DNA of 63,842 nucleotides from a virus. Below, one piece after another: positions 16,924-25,794 of the stretch. The DNA is taken from positions 1 to 63,842 of the IMG/VR virus record IMGVR_UViG_3300009960_000001, one strand, 5' to 3'. Within the stretch, counting starts at the first letter, position 1. Each line of letters begins with the position of its first letter. The notes under the pieces are model-generated. The model worked only from the letters and a program-made list of their open reading frames with translations, was not told the origin of the DNA and made no database searches. The position numbers and the translations under genes were made by a program.

Positions 16924-18620
16924 TTATCAGGACCTTTCTTGATTAGCTGACCAAAATCAGCTTCCTCGTCACTTAGGTACTGTAGTTTAGCTCCTCTAGG
17001 GTCATCAACCTGTAGGATATAAACATCACCAGACCTAAAGTTACGGAAATAAGTTGTCATTTTTGAGGTAGTAGCTCCTTTACGTTGCAAGGTAATCATA
17101 CTTTCATACCAGCCTTCGATAAAAGTAGAGCCATATAGGTCGCTTGTGCCTACCTTACCTCCACGCTCAATCTTCCGTGTGTGATGTACTATAATCACAG
17201 AGCAACCTGTCTCATCACGAAACTCTGATACTGCCCGTAGCCTATCAGCCACATCTTGGTGCTTATTAATGTCACCAGAGCCAAACAATAGGTACATAGG
17301 GTCTAGTATCAAAAGCTTAATATCATTCTTCTTAACAAAGGACTTTAAGTGATGAATACGGTCTAAGAACACAGGGGCTTCTGTGTAATAGATTGGTAAG
17401 TCCTCTGTGCCTGCCATGGTTTTAAGCTTAGCCTTTTCCATGCTAGGATTATTTTCTCCTTGCACAATGAGAACGCCTCCCTGCTTAACCTTGTGACCAT
17501 CAAAGTCTCGTCCTGTCGCCACTGACACAGCCATATTAAGCGTTAGGGTCGATTTGAAGCTCTTAGAAGGTGCTCCAATGATACCTACTGAGTGATTAGC
17601 CCACAGACCCTCAATCAGCCAGAAATCCTTACCGTCCCATTCCTCAATGTCTTTGAGGGCTAGGATTTTAACCTTCTCATTATTAGCCTTTGTGACCCCT
17701 CCTGTGTGTACCTTACCAAATGAAGACATTCTGTCACTAGGACGCTTATCAGGCTCTAGCTTGGCAAACACCCTGTGAATTTCCTTCTGTAAGGCTTTCT
17801 CAGTCTTGTATTTGCTCATGGCAATGTCTGAGTTTAGGAGCACAAAGTAGACCTCCTCTTTTCTTGCTCCTGCATTAATCATTTTCTGCTCAATCAGGAA
17901 GCAATACTCACTACGGTCAATTCCCACTACCTTGTTATCAAACACAGAGGCTAGGTCATATCGGTCAAGTAGCTCATTCAGGTCAAAACGTCTTTTCTTA
18001 ATCTCACCAGTTTCAGCCACAGCTGTCTTGGCTTGCTTAAAGAATTTCTTGAGACGCTTGATAAACTCTGACTTACGGAACACAGTACCTTCTCCTTGCA
18101 ATCCTGTGATATTAAAGTCACTCTTATACTTGTGATTGACTGTCTGGGGTACTCTGTAGTAGTGCACAATGTCAGAGCTAGTCTTGTCAAAGCCATATTT
18201 CTTAACTAGTGTTCGTGCCACCTTCTCATGCTCTGCTGGTGTTAGAGGATTATCCAAAATCCACACACCTTGGTATTTCTTAGGGCTAGTCTCCCAAATG
18301 TAACTAGGTTTAAAGTATTTTGTAGGTACTCTTGCCCCATCAATGTCCATGAACACAAGGTAAGTCTCCTGTGCATTCTCCTTAAGGCGTTTCTTGCCTT
18401 TGATAGGTGTAGGACAGATATATAGCTCAGCCTTTTTCCTCTGTGAGCCCAGATACTTTTTAAGAGCTTTCAGACTGATTGAGGTTTCCACAAAATCCCT
18501 TGCAAATCGCTTCTTGGGGTCTTTTTCATTTGTGAACTTATAGTTAAGTCCAACTTTCACCTCATCATCAGGACTAAAGTTCTTTGCTAGTACCTCCTCA
18601 ATAAAAACGTTAATCGTCAC
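16920..18620 (-). CDS. Primase-polymerase / RepA-DnaB-like replicative ATPase fusion
   Basis: N-terminal archaeo-eukaryotic-primase-like (AEP-like) motifs (VFMDIDG, SSDIVHYYR). C-terminal RecA-fold with Walker A GAPSKSFKST and Walker B LLILDP. Confidence 0.6.
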   Translation of the reverse strand: MTINVFIEEVLAKNFSPDDEVKVGLNYKFTNEKDPKKRFARDFVETSISLKALKKYLGSQRKKAELYICPTPIKGKKRLKENAQETYLVFMDIDGARVPTKYFKPSYIWETSPKKYQGVWILDNPLTPAEHEKVARTLVKKYGFDKTSSDIVHYYRVPQTVNHKYKSDFNITGLQGEGTVFRKSEFIKRLKKFFKQAKTAVAETGEIKKRRFDLNELLDRYDLASVFDNKVVGIDRSEYCFLIEQKMINAGARKEEVYFVLLNSDIAMSKYKTEKALQKEIHRVFAKLEPDKRPSDRMSSFGKVHTGGVTKANNEKVKILALKDIEEWDGKDFWLIEGLWANHSVGIIGAPSKSFKSTLTLNMAVSVATGRDFDGHKVKQGGVLIVQGENNPSMEKAKLKTMAGTEDLPIYYTEAPVFLDRIHHLKSFVKKNDIKLLILDPMYLLFGSGDINKHQDVADRLRAVSEFRDETGCSVIIVHHTRKIERGGKVGTSDLYGSTFIEGWYESMITLQRKGATTSKMTTYFRNFRSGDVYILQVDDPRGAKLQYLSDEEADFGQLIKKGPDK

Positions 18621-19968
18621 AATTTTCCTCTCCTATCCAATGTATCCCAAGTGCCTGAGCGTCCTCGTCAGCCTCAATATCATAAGGGTTATAGGACATG
18701 TCAATCTCAGGCAAGCCATGTTTCCTACGGAAAGCATTTCCGTGACCACCGGGATATTTCAGTTCTTCTTCTAGCATTTCTCGGTCAAGTTCTTCTGTTT
18801 TCTTAACCCACAGGTCGCTTTCACCTCGTTCTGCATAGCTGTACCAGTCCTCATAATCATCTTGGTCTTCTACAAGGTCAGGGATTTCTACCAGAGACAT
18901 GTGTAGGTTGCCTTCTGTGCCCTCTACAGGTATTTCAGCATACCTCTTGCCCTGATACTTAACAATCTCAAACCAGCCGATATATGAGGTCACAGACTCT
19001 TCTGAGCTATCGTCCTCTGTGCTAAATGTTTCATGTGAAACACTCTGTACTTGAATAGGCTCATCATAGAACTCATTAGGGACACCAGCAAGAACCAGCT
19101 TCTCCTGTGTGCTTCTCAGAGGGATTGTAATCATGTTTACACAAGGGCGCATAATATCTACCAGAGCCATGAAAACGTCGTTACAAGAGCGTTTAAGAGA
19201 GCGTAGCCACGATTTAACAAGCTGTAGCTTAGTGCTATCCATGGTCTTGTTAGTGGGGTGTAGAGTCTCCTTATATTCACAGTACCAGCTGTCTGATTTC
19301 TCAAACGTGATAGCCTCCTTAATCAGGCTGTTCTCAGGCATGATACTGTAGATAAGCTCAGCTGTTTCCTGTGCTGTAGGAGCTTTCTGTTGTAAAAATA
19401 CCCCGTTCACAGTGATTGATACTCCTTGTCCTGTTACACGTTTCCGTGTCAGGATACCAAGCTCTTCTAGCAGGCTCAGTGTATTTGTCAGAGTAGACCG
19501 GCTCATATTAAACACAGAGGCGATATTCTCTAACTTATCCGGTGCAAAGCTGTAGTCCTCTCCAAGCTTGCCTTCTTTTCGCGCCTGTGAGTTGAAAGCT
19601 GATAGGAACACAAGAGCGTTATATGGCAATCTGAGCTTACCAGCCCACCAAGTCTGCATTGCAAGGTAGTTGCTGTTTGCTTCCTCAATATCCCAGTAGA
19701 GCTTATCAGGCATGACTTTTCTAGCCCAATACTCTGCTCCGTCTCGTCTTCCCCAGCCCCAGCGTAGGAGCTCTTTGTCATACAGGCTCTTGATACCAGC
19801 TGTGAAAGTTCGTGAGTTCATTTTGAGAATGTTATACACATATTCCTGTGTAAAGTAGTTCTCCATCTGACCTCTTGAAATTTGACTATAATAAAGACCA
19901 AACAAGACAAGCTCTGCTTTGTTCTCAATTTGGTCTAGTGCATTTGCAGGTATTTTAATATACTCCAT
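18610..19968 (-). CDS. Putative replication-initiation / winged-helix DNA-binding protein
   Basis: 452 aa with two wHTH-like segments (for example MSRSTLTNTLSLLEELGILTRKRV). First gene behind a strong promoter and next to the primase gene. Confidence 0.4.
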   Translation of the reverse strand: MEYIKIPANALDQIENKAELVLFGLYYSQISRGQMENYFTQEYVYNILKMNSRTFTAGIKSLYDKELLRWGWGRRDGAEYWARKVMPDKLYWDIEEANSNYLAMQTWWAGKLRLPYNALVFLSAFNSQARKEGKLGEDYSFAPDKLENIASVFNMSRSTLTNTLSLLEELGILTRKRVTGQGVSITVNGVFLQQKAPTAQETAELIYSIMPENSLIKEAITFEKSDSWYCEYKETLHPTNKTMDSTKLQLVKSWLRSLKRSCNDVFMALVDIMRPCVNMITIPLRSTQEKLVLAGVPNEFYDEPIQVQSVSHETFSTEDDSSEESVTSYIGWFEIVKYQGKRYAEIPVEGTEGNLHMSLVEIPDLVEDQDDYEDWYSYAERGESDLWVKKTEELDREMLEEELKYPGGHGNAFRRKHGLPEIDMSYNPYDIEADEDAQALGIHWIGEENCDD

Positions 19969-19997
19969 ATTCTCTCCTTTCTCCTGCCGATAATTCT

Positions 19998-20025
19998 ATT
20001 ATACACCTTAGTTTTATAAAGTCAA
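19998..20025 (-). promoter_or_regulatory. Sigma-A-type early promoter (TTGACT-16-TATAAT)
   Basis: Minus strand reads GCAAAAAGGTATTGACT-16 nt-TATAAT, 30 nt upstream of ATG 19968. Confidence 0.6.
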
Positions 20026-20039
20026 TACCTTTTTGCAAA

Positions 20040-20282
20040 TTATTTGAATTTATTTTTGGATATAGCACTCTTGAGTACATGCTCATTTACCCACCAAGTT
20101 GATTTTATTGAACTGTATTTCTCTTGATAAGCCTTTGTGTCCCCATTAGTTTTCTTAAGCTCATCAAAGAAGCCAATCTTATAGGAAGAACCATCAATCT
20201 TAAGTATTATACCTAGTTTTCCTCTTGTATTATTATCTTCCCAGTCTCTTGTGACTAATACTGTTTGTCCTACTTTAAACAT
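20040..20282 (-). CDS. Small NKF-tail paralogue 8
   Basis: 80 aa: KVGQTVLV...GKLGIILK...IGFF...STWWVNEHVL...SKNKFK. AAGGTG RBS. Confidence 0.65.
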   Translation of the reverse strand: MFKVGQTVLVTRDWEDNNTRGKLGIILKIDGSSYKIGFFDELKKTNGDTKAYQEKYSSIKSTWWVNEHVLKSAISKNKFK

Positions 20283-20290
20283 TTCACACC

Positions 20291-20527
20291 TTACAAAAAT
20301 TTATTATTAGTATATGGAGCTCTTAACAATCTCTCAGGTATCCACCATGTACATGTATCTGGTGTCTTTAACCAGTGAGTATTTGAACGCAAAACGCTAC
20401 CTTTAGAAAAAGCTACTAAATAACGATTACTAACACCTTTTTCTAATACAATCCCAATTTTACTTCCTGTATTATTGCCGTCATAATCCTCAGTACAGAA
20501 GACTTTTGTTCTCATTCTTATTGCCAT
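20291..20527 (-). CDS. Small NKF-tail paralogue 7
   Basis: Start at the second ATG (MAIRMRTKVF), behind a GAGGTG RBS. Ends TNNKFL. Confidence 0.6.
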   Translation of the reverse strand: MAIRMRTKVFCTEDYDGNNTGSKIGIVLEKGVSNRYLVAFSKGSVLRSNTHWLKTPDTCTWWIPERLLRAPYTNNKFL

Positions 20528-20535
20528 TTCACACC

Positions 20536-20796
20536 TCATCTAAATTTATTACTAGTAAACTTAGCCTCTATGTATTCATTTCTAGCCACCCATGATGAAT
20601 ACCCACCATCTTCCCTACTCCAAATACTGTCTATACTTACATCAGAAGGAGTAGTCATAATCTTGACTCTGTATGGATATTCTGTACTAGAGTCACTATC
20701 ATCAACTATAATAGTACCCCATGTGTACTCCTTAAACCCTAATTCAGTATGTGGCTTAAGTCTTATCCTATCACCTACCTTAAATCTTCTAGTCAT
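20536..20796 (-). CDS. Small NKF-tail paralogue 6
   Basis: 86 aa: RFKVGDRIRL...; ends TSNKFR. GGAG RBS. Confidence 0.65.
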   Translation of the reverse strand: MTRRFKVGDRIRLKPHTELGFKEYTWGTIIVDDSDSSTEYPYRVKIMTTPSDVSIDSIWSREDGGYSSWVARNEYIEAKFTSNKFR

Positions 20797-20805
20797 AGCT
20801 TACTC

Positions 20806-21059
20806 CTATCTAAATTTATTCTTTGAGATAATAGTGATTGTTAAGTATTGATAAGGAACACTCCAAGTAGCCTTTAGTCCTCTATACAAGGCTTATACTC
20901 ATGCAAGCTGTGATTTGTCCTTACCCCACCACAAAAGAAGCCTATAAGAGCTCTACCTTCCCAAGTAAACAGCACCTCACCTACTTTATCCTTAGTTGTA
21001 TTGCCATCAAAATTACAAGTAACTCTTACTTGTTGACCTATTTTTAGTTTTTGTGTCAT
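20806..21059 (-). pseudogene. Frameshifted NKF-tail paralogue 5
   Basis: The track ORF 20874..21059 stops after ...HEYKPCIED. The -1 frame continues GLKATWSVPYQYLTITIISKNKFR*, which is the family C-terminus. Confidence 0.6.
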
Positions 21060-21067
21060 GCTAACTC

Positions 21068-21319
21068 CTATCTAAATCTATTATTTGTGAAGGTGTTAGC
21101 AAGCTCTAATCCTCTAGGGTCAGACCACCAAGTAGCTTTTAAGCCGGGGTGTTTATCTACAAATGTCTCCAACTCATAGTTTGTCATTACACCCTCACAG
21201 AAGAAGCCTACTACATGTCCTCTGTCCCTATTGGCTATTATAATACCTACCTTCCCTAAAGCTGTCTCATTAAAGTTATCCAGCACAACCACTCTGTCTC
21301 CAATTTTAAATCTTTTCAT
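21068..21319 (-). CDS. Small NKF-tail paralogue 4
   Basis: Start at the second ATG (MKRFKIGDRVVV), behind a GAGGT RBS. Ends TNNRFR. Confidence 0.65.
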   Translation of the reverse strand: MKRFKIGDRVVVLDNFNETALGKVGIIIANRDRGHVVGFFCEGVMTNYELETFVDKHPGLKATWWSDPRGLELANTFTNNRFR

Positions 21320-21327
21320 GTCATACC

Positions 21328-21561
21328 TCATCTAAATTTGCTTCTTGTATAAGGATTTAAAAATTCTAAGTGAGAAAACTCAACAAACCAGCACCCATAA
21401 TCAGGAAAATCACTGTGTGACCAGCCAAGACCAGTTTCTTTAGGAAAACCAACTATAATATCTTCCCTACCATGAGAATATAAAATTGTCACAGTATTTC
21501 CTATCATTTCATGAATACTTGTGTTCAATATCCTCGCTTTTCTACCTACTAGTTCTTTCAT
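21328..21561 (-). CDS. Small NKF-tail paralogue 3
   Basis: Start at the second ATG (MKELVGRKARIL). Ends TRSKFR. Confidence 0.6.
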   Translation of the reverse strand: MKELVGRKARILNTSIHEMIGNTVTILYSHGREDIIVGFPKETGLGWSHSDFPDYGCWFVEFSHLEFLNPYTRSKFR

Positions 21562-21569
21562 CTTATACC

Positions 21570-21809
21570 TCACTTAAACTTATTGTGCGAAAATACTTGC
21601 ACAGGCTCTAGGTATTCCTCCGATATGTACCATAAGTTATAACTTGTACCCATGTCCTCATCATACCAGCCAAAAGGACTATCCAAGGGGAAGCCAATTA
21701 AATCCCTATCGCAAAGTGCTCCTGAGTCTTTCTTTACTAGTACAGCTGTCTGACCTACCATATCATCTTTATAGTAATACTTGTTTATTCTTACGTATGT
21801 TTCACTCAT
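21570..21809 (-). CDS. Small NKF-tail paralogue 2
   Basis: 79 aa; ends SHNKFK. The ATG overlaps the upstream stop. Confidence 0.6.
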   Translation of the reverse strand: MSETYVRINKYYYKDDMVGQTAVLVKKDSGALCDRDLIGFPLDSPFGWYDEDMGTSYNLWYISEEYLEPVQVFSHNKFK

Positions 21810-22033
21810 TTAAACTTGCTCCTTGTGATTGTTGTTACATTCTCTAAATACCCCTGCCCAATCCACCAGCAACGGTACTCAGTACTATAAGCACTGTCAT
21901 ACCAGCCAATAGAACCTTCTAATGGAAATCCTAACAAGACAGACTCTTTGTCCCTCCTCAAGATAACAGCTTCAACACCTACAAATTCCCAGTCAGGGTA
22001 GCTATCTTTTATCCTTACTATCTGCTTACTCAT
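21806..22033 (-). CDS. Small NKF-tail paralogue 1
   Basis: 75 aa; ends TRSKFK. First gene of the array. Confidence 0.6.
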   Translation of the reverse strand: MSKQIVRIKDSYPDWEFVGVEAVILRRDKESVLLGFPLEGSIGWYDSAYSTEYRCWWIGQGYLENVTTITRSKFK

Positions 22034-22043
22034 TCTTTATACC

Positions 22044-22201
22044 AAAGTACAGATAATACCAGCTAAAGAATAACACATAGCTCTCTTTCTTTATACTGTA
22101 TTATCTGTACTCTCCTTTCTTATTTTACTAAAGTACAATTAATACATACTAAAGAATATAACACAGGGGAGTATTCTTTATAGTGTATTATCTGTACTTT
22201 G
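22044..22201. repeat. Two copies of the ~70-nt palindromic element (AAAGTACAGATAATAC...AAAGAATAACACAG...TTCTTTA...GTATTATCTGTACTTTG)
   Basis: 13-nt arms GTACAGATAATAC (22047-22059) and GTATTATCTGTAC (22098-22110; 22185-22197). Same family as 30754-31091. Confidence 0.8.
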
Positions 22202-23293
22202 CTATGCTGGTTTATATTCCATTCCCAGCTCGGTCACAAGTTGTTTCAGGCTATCTAGCACAGTGCCCTCTTTATATAGCATGTAGGACTTATTGCTCAC
22301 AGCAAGCCATGACTTAAACCCTTTGCAATTTTCAATAATGTCCATTGCCTCGTCTGTGTCTCCGGAATAAACACACATAAGGTCTTCTTTTACAAACTCC
22401 CGATAGGTGTTATCGTCATAGTTTGCATAGTCTGAGCCTTCCCAAGTGCTCGCTGTGTTTCCATAATAAGACCACACAGGGGCTTTCTCTGTGTATTTCC
22501 AATCCGCTGTGTCCTGACCTTCTAGCCATGTGAGGAATGAGAGTAGACCCTCTGTGTTCTTTTTGTAGGCTTCCAAGTTAATAAACTCATTCCTTGTGTG
22601 CTCATTCTCATAAGCGGCTGACAAGTTCACAATAGGTTTGTCATACTCAGGACCTAGCACAGCGACATCTGTATATGAGCCCTCAGCTAATGTATAATAT
22701 TTTTCTAGCTCTGTGAGAATTTCGGGGATTGAGTTTTCGTCATACTCATAAAATACCATTTCATTCCAGAAGCCCTCATGGACTCCACGGTCAATCTGAA
22801 TGAGCATTGAGCTATCAGATAGGGCTTGCAAATCATCTTCTGTGACAATCTTATTAGAGCCTACACAGCCAATCTCTTCATCTGTAGTAAAGAGCACATG
22901 AGGACGTTTCCCAGCCTCAATCACATCAAGAATAGTTTTCACACCGCACCGGTCATCAGCCCCAAGACAAGCCAGCTTTGGATTAGCTTCTGGACTGAGT
23001 GTGATATATCGGTCAGAAATCATCAGGTCATCAACTTTTGGCGTTGCTTTTTGTCCCGTTTCCCATTGTTTTGTTGCGTAGTTATAAGAGCCAGCCCCTC
23101 TGTGCGTGTTTATGGTGTCTAAATGAGCCACTAGGCACGGTTGAATGTCTTCCGAGGGTGATACCCCTAGGATATAGTAATCGGTCGCTATGACGCTGTA
23201 AGAGCGTTCTGAGAGGTACTCAGGTAAGCTCTTGATTAAAGCGCCTTGTGTCATAGTCAATAATTTTTCAAAAGTGTTTGTGATTTTAGTCAT
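22202..23293 (-). CDS. MH-clan (M20/M28/M42-like) zinc metallopeptidase
   Basis: Ligand-like motifs LVAHLDT, LGADDRCGV and FTTDEEIGCVGS. Confidence 0.5.
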   Translation of the reverse strand: MTKITNTFEKLLTMTQGALIKSLPEYLSERSYSVIATDYYILGVSPSEDIQPCLVAHLDTINTHRGAGSYNYATKQWETGQKATPKVDDLMISDRYITLSPEANPKLACLGADDRCGVKTILDVIEAGKRPHVLFTTDEEIGCVGSNKIVTEDDLQALSDSSMLIQIDRGVHEGFWNEMVFYEYDENSIPEILTELEKYYTLAEGSYTDVAVLGPEYDKPIVNLSAAYENEHTRNEFINLEAYKKNTEGLLSFLTWLEGQDTADWKYTEKAPVWSYYGNTASTWEGSDYANYDDNTYREFVKEDLMCVYSGDTDEAMDIIENCKGFKSWLAVSNKSYMLYKEGTVLDSLKQLVTELGMEYKPA

Positions 23294-24788
23294 TGTATTT
23301 CTCCTTTAGTTCTTTAATCCGTGCTTCAAATTTATCTGCCGTGTCATCATAATTAGTGATAATGGACATGTCAAGGTCATGGATTTCATCAGCCCATTTA
23401 CTATAGCTGTCTTCTTCTAGTATTGAGGCTGTTCCTAGTGTCTTGTAATCGTTAGCTCCTGACATATTAGACCAATAATTTATATCCTCATTGTAAGCGT
23501 CCTCAAACTCTGAGCCAGACTCCAAGGTCTGACCTAAAATCTTCTTGAAATGTTTCAGCTTACGCTTGAAAACTGTTGCAAGCAATAGGCTTGTAAACTC
23601 ATAGGCTGTATACCCAATTCTGTTTGTATGGCTTCTACCCTGTGAGTACATGCCAGCATGAGCAAGCTCACCATATTTTGCCTTAAAGTAAGCTCGTGCA
23701 AGCGGGTTAGCCTCTTCTGTGCCTAAATCATAGCGGTATAGTTTCAAGTATTTATAGTCCATAGCTTTTAACACAAGGGCTGTTCCATTCCCAGCACAGC
23801 TTCCTGACTGATTGCAAGAGTCCTGAAAAGCCCAATTATCTACATTATTAGGGATTGTAAAGTCTCCCATATCTAGCAGAATAACCTCATTAGGTCTTGA
23901 TACATCAGCAACACAGCCTAGCCATTGTTTGAACTCATTGAAGGCTATCAGTTCTTCATTTGTTGCGGTAACTCCTGCTTTTTTAAGCTGTTTTGAGAGT
24001 TTAGGCGCTTGTGTTCCGTGCTCAACTACAATATTATCATTGCTATAATATTTTCTTAACACGTTCTGCATGTTAACCTCTAGGATTGTATTTCCATAGT
24101 TAGGGGCTTTTAGTACATTTGTGCGGTAGTAGTCACAGAGCATGCCTACATCTTCCCACTCTTCAAAGTGTTCAGGCTTTTTGTACCCCAGCTTGTGAGC
24201 AAATTTCAAGAGCTCTTCTGACATTCTCTTTGGTAACTTTCTGTCTAGCTCATGTCTGATACTAGTAATATTGTCATACTTACGATAAATTAGGGCTTCT
24301 TTCAGGTTTTCAGCCCGGTTTTTCATCTTGTCTTCTAGTTTTTGGAGCTCTTTCTTTAGCTCAATACGTTTAGAGATTTTATTTTCAAAGGATTTGTACC
24401 CAGACTTAATAAATACCCAATTTTCTGTGTCATTGTTTACATCAGTAAAATAGTGTCCGTTTCTATCATACTGATAGAGGAATAGAGCCCGATAGTCTAG
24501 CCCTTTGATGTTTCCAATGCCTGAGCCTAGTTCATTAAGTGGAAAATGCTCCATAAGCCAATACACAGCCTCTTTTGTGCCCTTTGTGAGCTCTTCTGTG
24601 TACTCATCAGCGAGCATTTTATCAATCCGTTCTTCTAGTGCCTGATAGGGTTCTCCCTTCTCAAAAGAAGCGTTAATAGCTTTCAGGAGCTCATCTTGTT
24701 TGTCTTCTGGTGTTTCATCTAGGAGTAACAAAAAAGCCTTCTTTACAAGAGGCTCATTTTCTAACATTTTTAAAATAGTATCTTTCAT
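23286..24788 (-). CDS. Hypothetical protein, paralogous in its C-terminal half to 25795..26742
   Basis: Shares PKLSKQLKK...NWAFQDSCNQSGSC...TAL with the 315-aa paralogue. Confidence 0.6.
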   Translation of the reverse strand: MKDTILKMLENEPLVKKAFLLLLDETPEDKQDELLKAINASFEKGEPYQALEERIDKMLADEYTEELTKGTKEAVYWLMEHFPLNELGSGIGNIKGLDYRALFLYQYDRNGHYFTDVNNDTENWVFIKSGYKSFENKISKRIELKKELQKLEDKMKNRAENLKEALIYRKYDNITSIRHELDRKLPKRMSEELLKFAHKLGYKKPEHFEEWEDVGMLCDYYRTNVLKAPNYGNTILEVNMQNVLRKYYSNDNIVVEHGTQAPKLSKQLKKAGVTATNEELIAFNEFKQWLGCVADVSRPNEVILLDMGDFTIPNNVDNWAFQDSCNQSGSCAGNGTALVLKAMDYKYLKLYRYDLGTEEANPLARAYFKAKYGELAHAGMYSQGRSHTNRIGYTAYEFTSLLLATVFKRKLKHFKKILGQTLESGSEFEDAYNEDINYWSNMSGANDYKTLGTASILEEDSYSKWADEIHDLDMSIITNYDDTADKFEARIKELKEKYND

Positions 24789-24809
24789 TATTTAAAATCC
24801 TTTCACATT

Positions 24810-25175
24810 TTAGCGTTTGTATAGTGATAGTGCGGTACAGCCTTTCACTCCATATTGTCCAATCTGCTTACCACAGGGTACAAACATTCGCCCTTGATAG
24901 CCCAATCGGTGGAGCTCTTTTGCGGTCACAAGGGAAACAATGATGTCTAGTTTTTCTAGTCTTCTGAGCTCGGATAGAGGGGTTTCTAGCCCATATCCAA
25001 TAGTATTCACAGGTACACCGTGAATTTTTCCCAAATCCTTGTAATAGGTCTTAAGACGCAAAGGAGCAAACCTTCCGCTTACCCCGATACGTTTTGCGAT
25101 TTTTCCGTCAGTGTGTAAGATAGTCACAGGGTGACCCGTTAAGTTTTCAAATCTCCCGTAGGTATTGTTTGTCAT
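24810..25175 (-). CDS. Hypothetical protein
   Basis: 121-aa ORF. Confidence 0.5.
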   Translation of the reverse strand: MTNNTYGRFENLTGHPVTILHTDGKIAKRIGVSGRFAPLRLKTYYKDLGKIHGVPVNTIGYGLETPLSELRRLEKLDIIVSLVTAKELHRLGYQGRMFVPCGKQIGQYGVKGCTALSLYKR

Positions 25176-25551
25176 GCTCTTCTAGTTCCTCCGCTTCTTT
25201 TTCTGTGATTTTTGAGCTATAGCCTGCTGTTTCCCCAATAGATGTCGGTAATAGTACCAATCCTTTATTAGGTACACGATACAACTTTTCATCTTCTATG
25301 ACTACCTCATAAAATTTTGGCTTGATTTCCTCTTCTCCTGAGATAGTATAGCCTTCTACTAGAAGGGTAGCTAGTGCCATGAATTTTGAGACTCCCAGAG
25401 CCTCTGAGATAGCGTTTAGCTCTCGGTCAATAGGTTTATCCTGACCCTTGCCAAACTCGCTGAAAAGCTCTGCTAAGCGCCCTCTGAAACGTCCCTGCTC
25501 TTTGACCTCTCCCAGCCATGCTGAAAGTTCTTTACTAATTGTTTGTACCAT
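25147..25551 (-). CDS. Hypothetical protein
   Basis: 134-aa ORF. Confidence 0.5.
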   Translation of the reverse strand: MVQTISKELSAWLGEVKEQGRFRGRLAELFSEFGKGQDKPIDRELNAISEALGVSKFMALATLLVEGYTISGEEEIKPKFYEVVIEDEKLYRVPNKGLVLLPTSIGETAGYSSKITEKEAEELEEHDKQYLREI

Positions 25552-25554
25552 ATT

Positions 25555-25764
25555 TTATACTCCTTTCATTATGGTATTATATAAAAGTATCATGATGATG
25601 AAAACTACTACAATATTTTGGGCTGTAATGATTGCCCTTAAGTCCTCATCAGTGCTAACAAAAAGCCTCCAAACTAGGAGACTTAGAAAGCTATACACTA
25701 TATACACAGCGTATAGAAAAGGTGCTAGGAAGATTAGCAAGATAGCTATACAGCCCAGCACCAT
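25555..25764 (-). CDS. Small membrane protein
   Basis: 69 aa with two hydrophobic helices. Confidence 0.5.
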   Translation of the reverse strand: MVLGCIAILLIFLAPFLYAVYIVYSFLSLLVWRLFVSTDEDLRAIITAQNIVVVFIIMILLYNTIMKGV

Positions 25765-25794
25765 AGATAATAATGCGCCTATAATCTCACCCCC

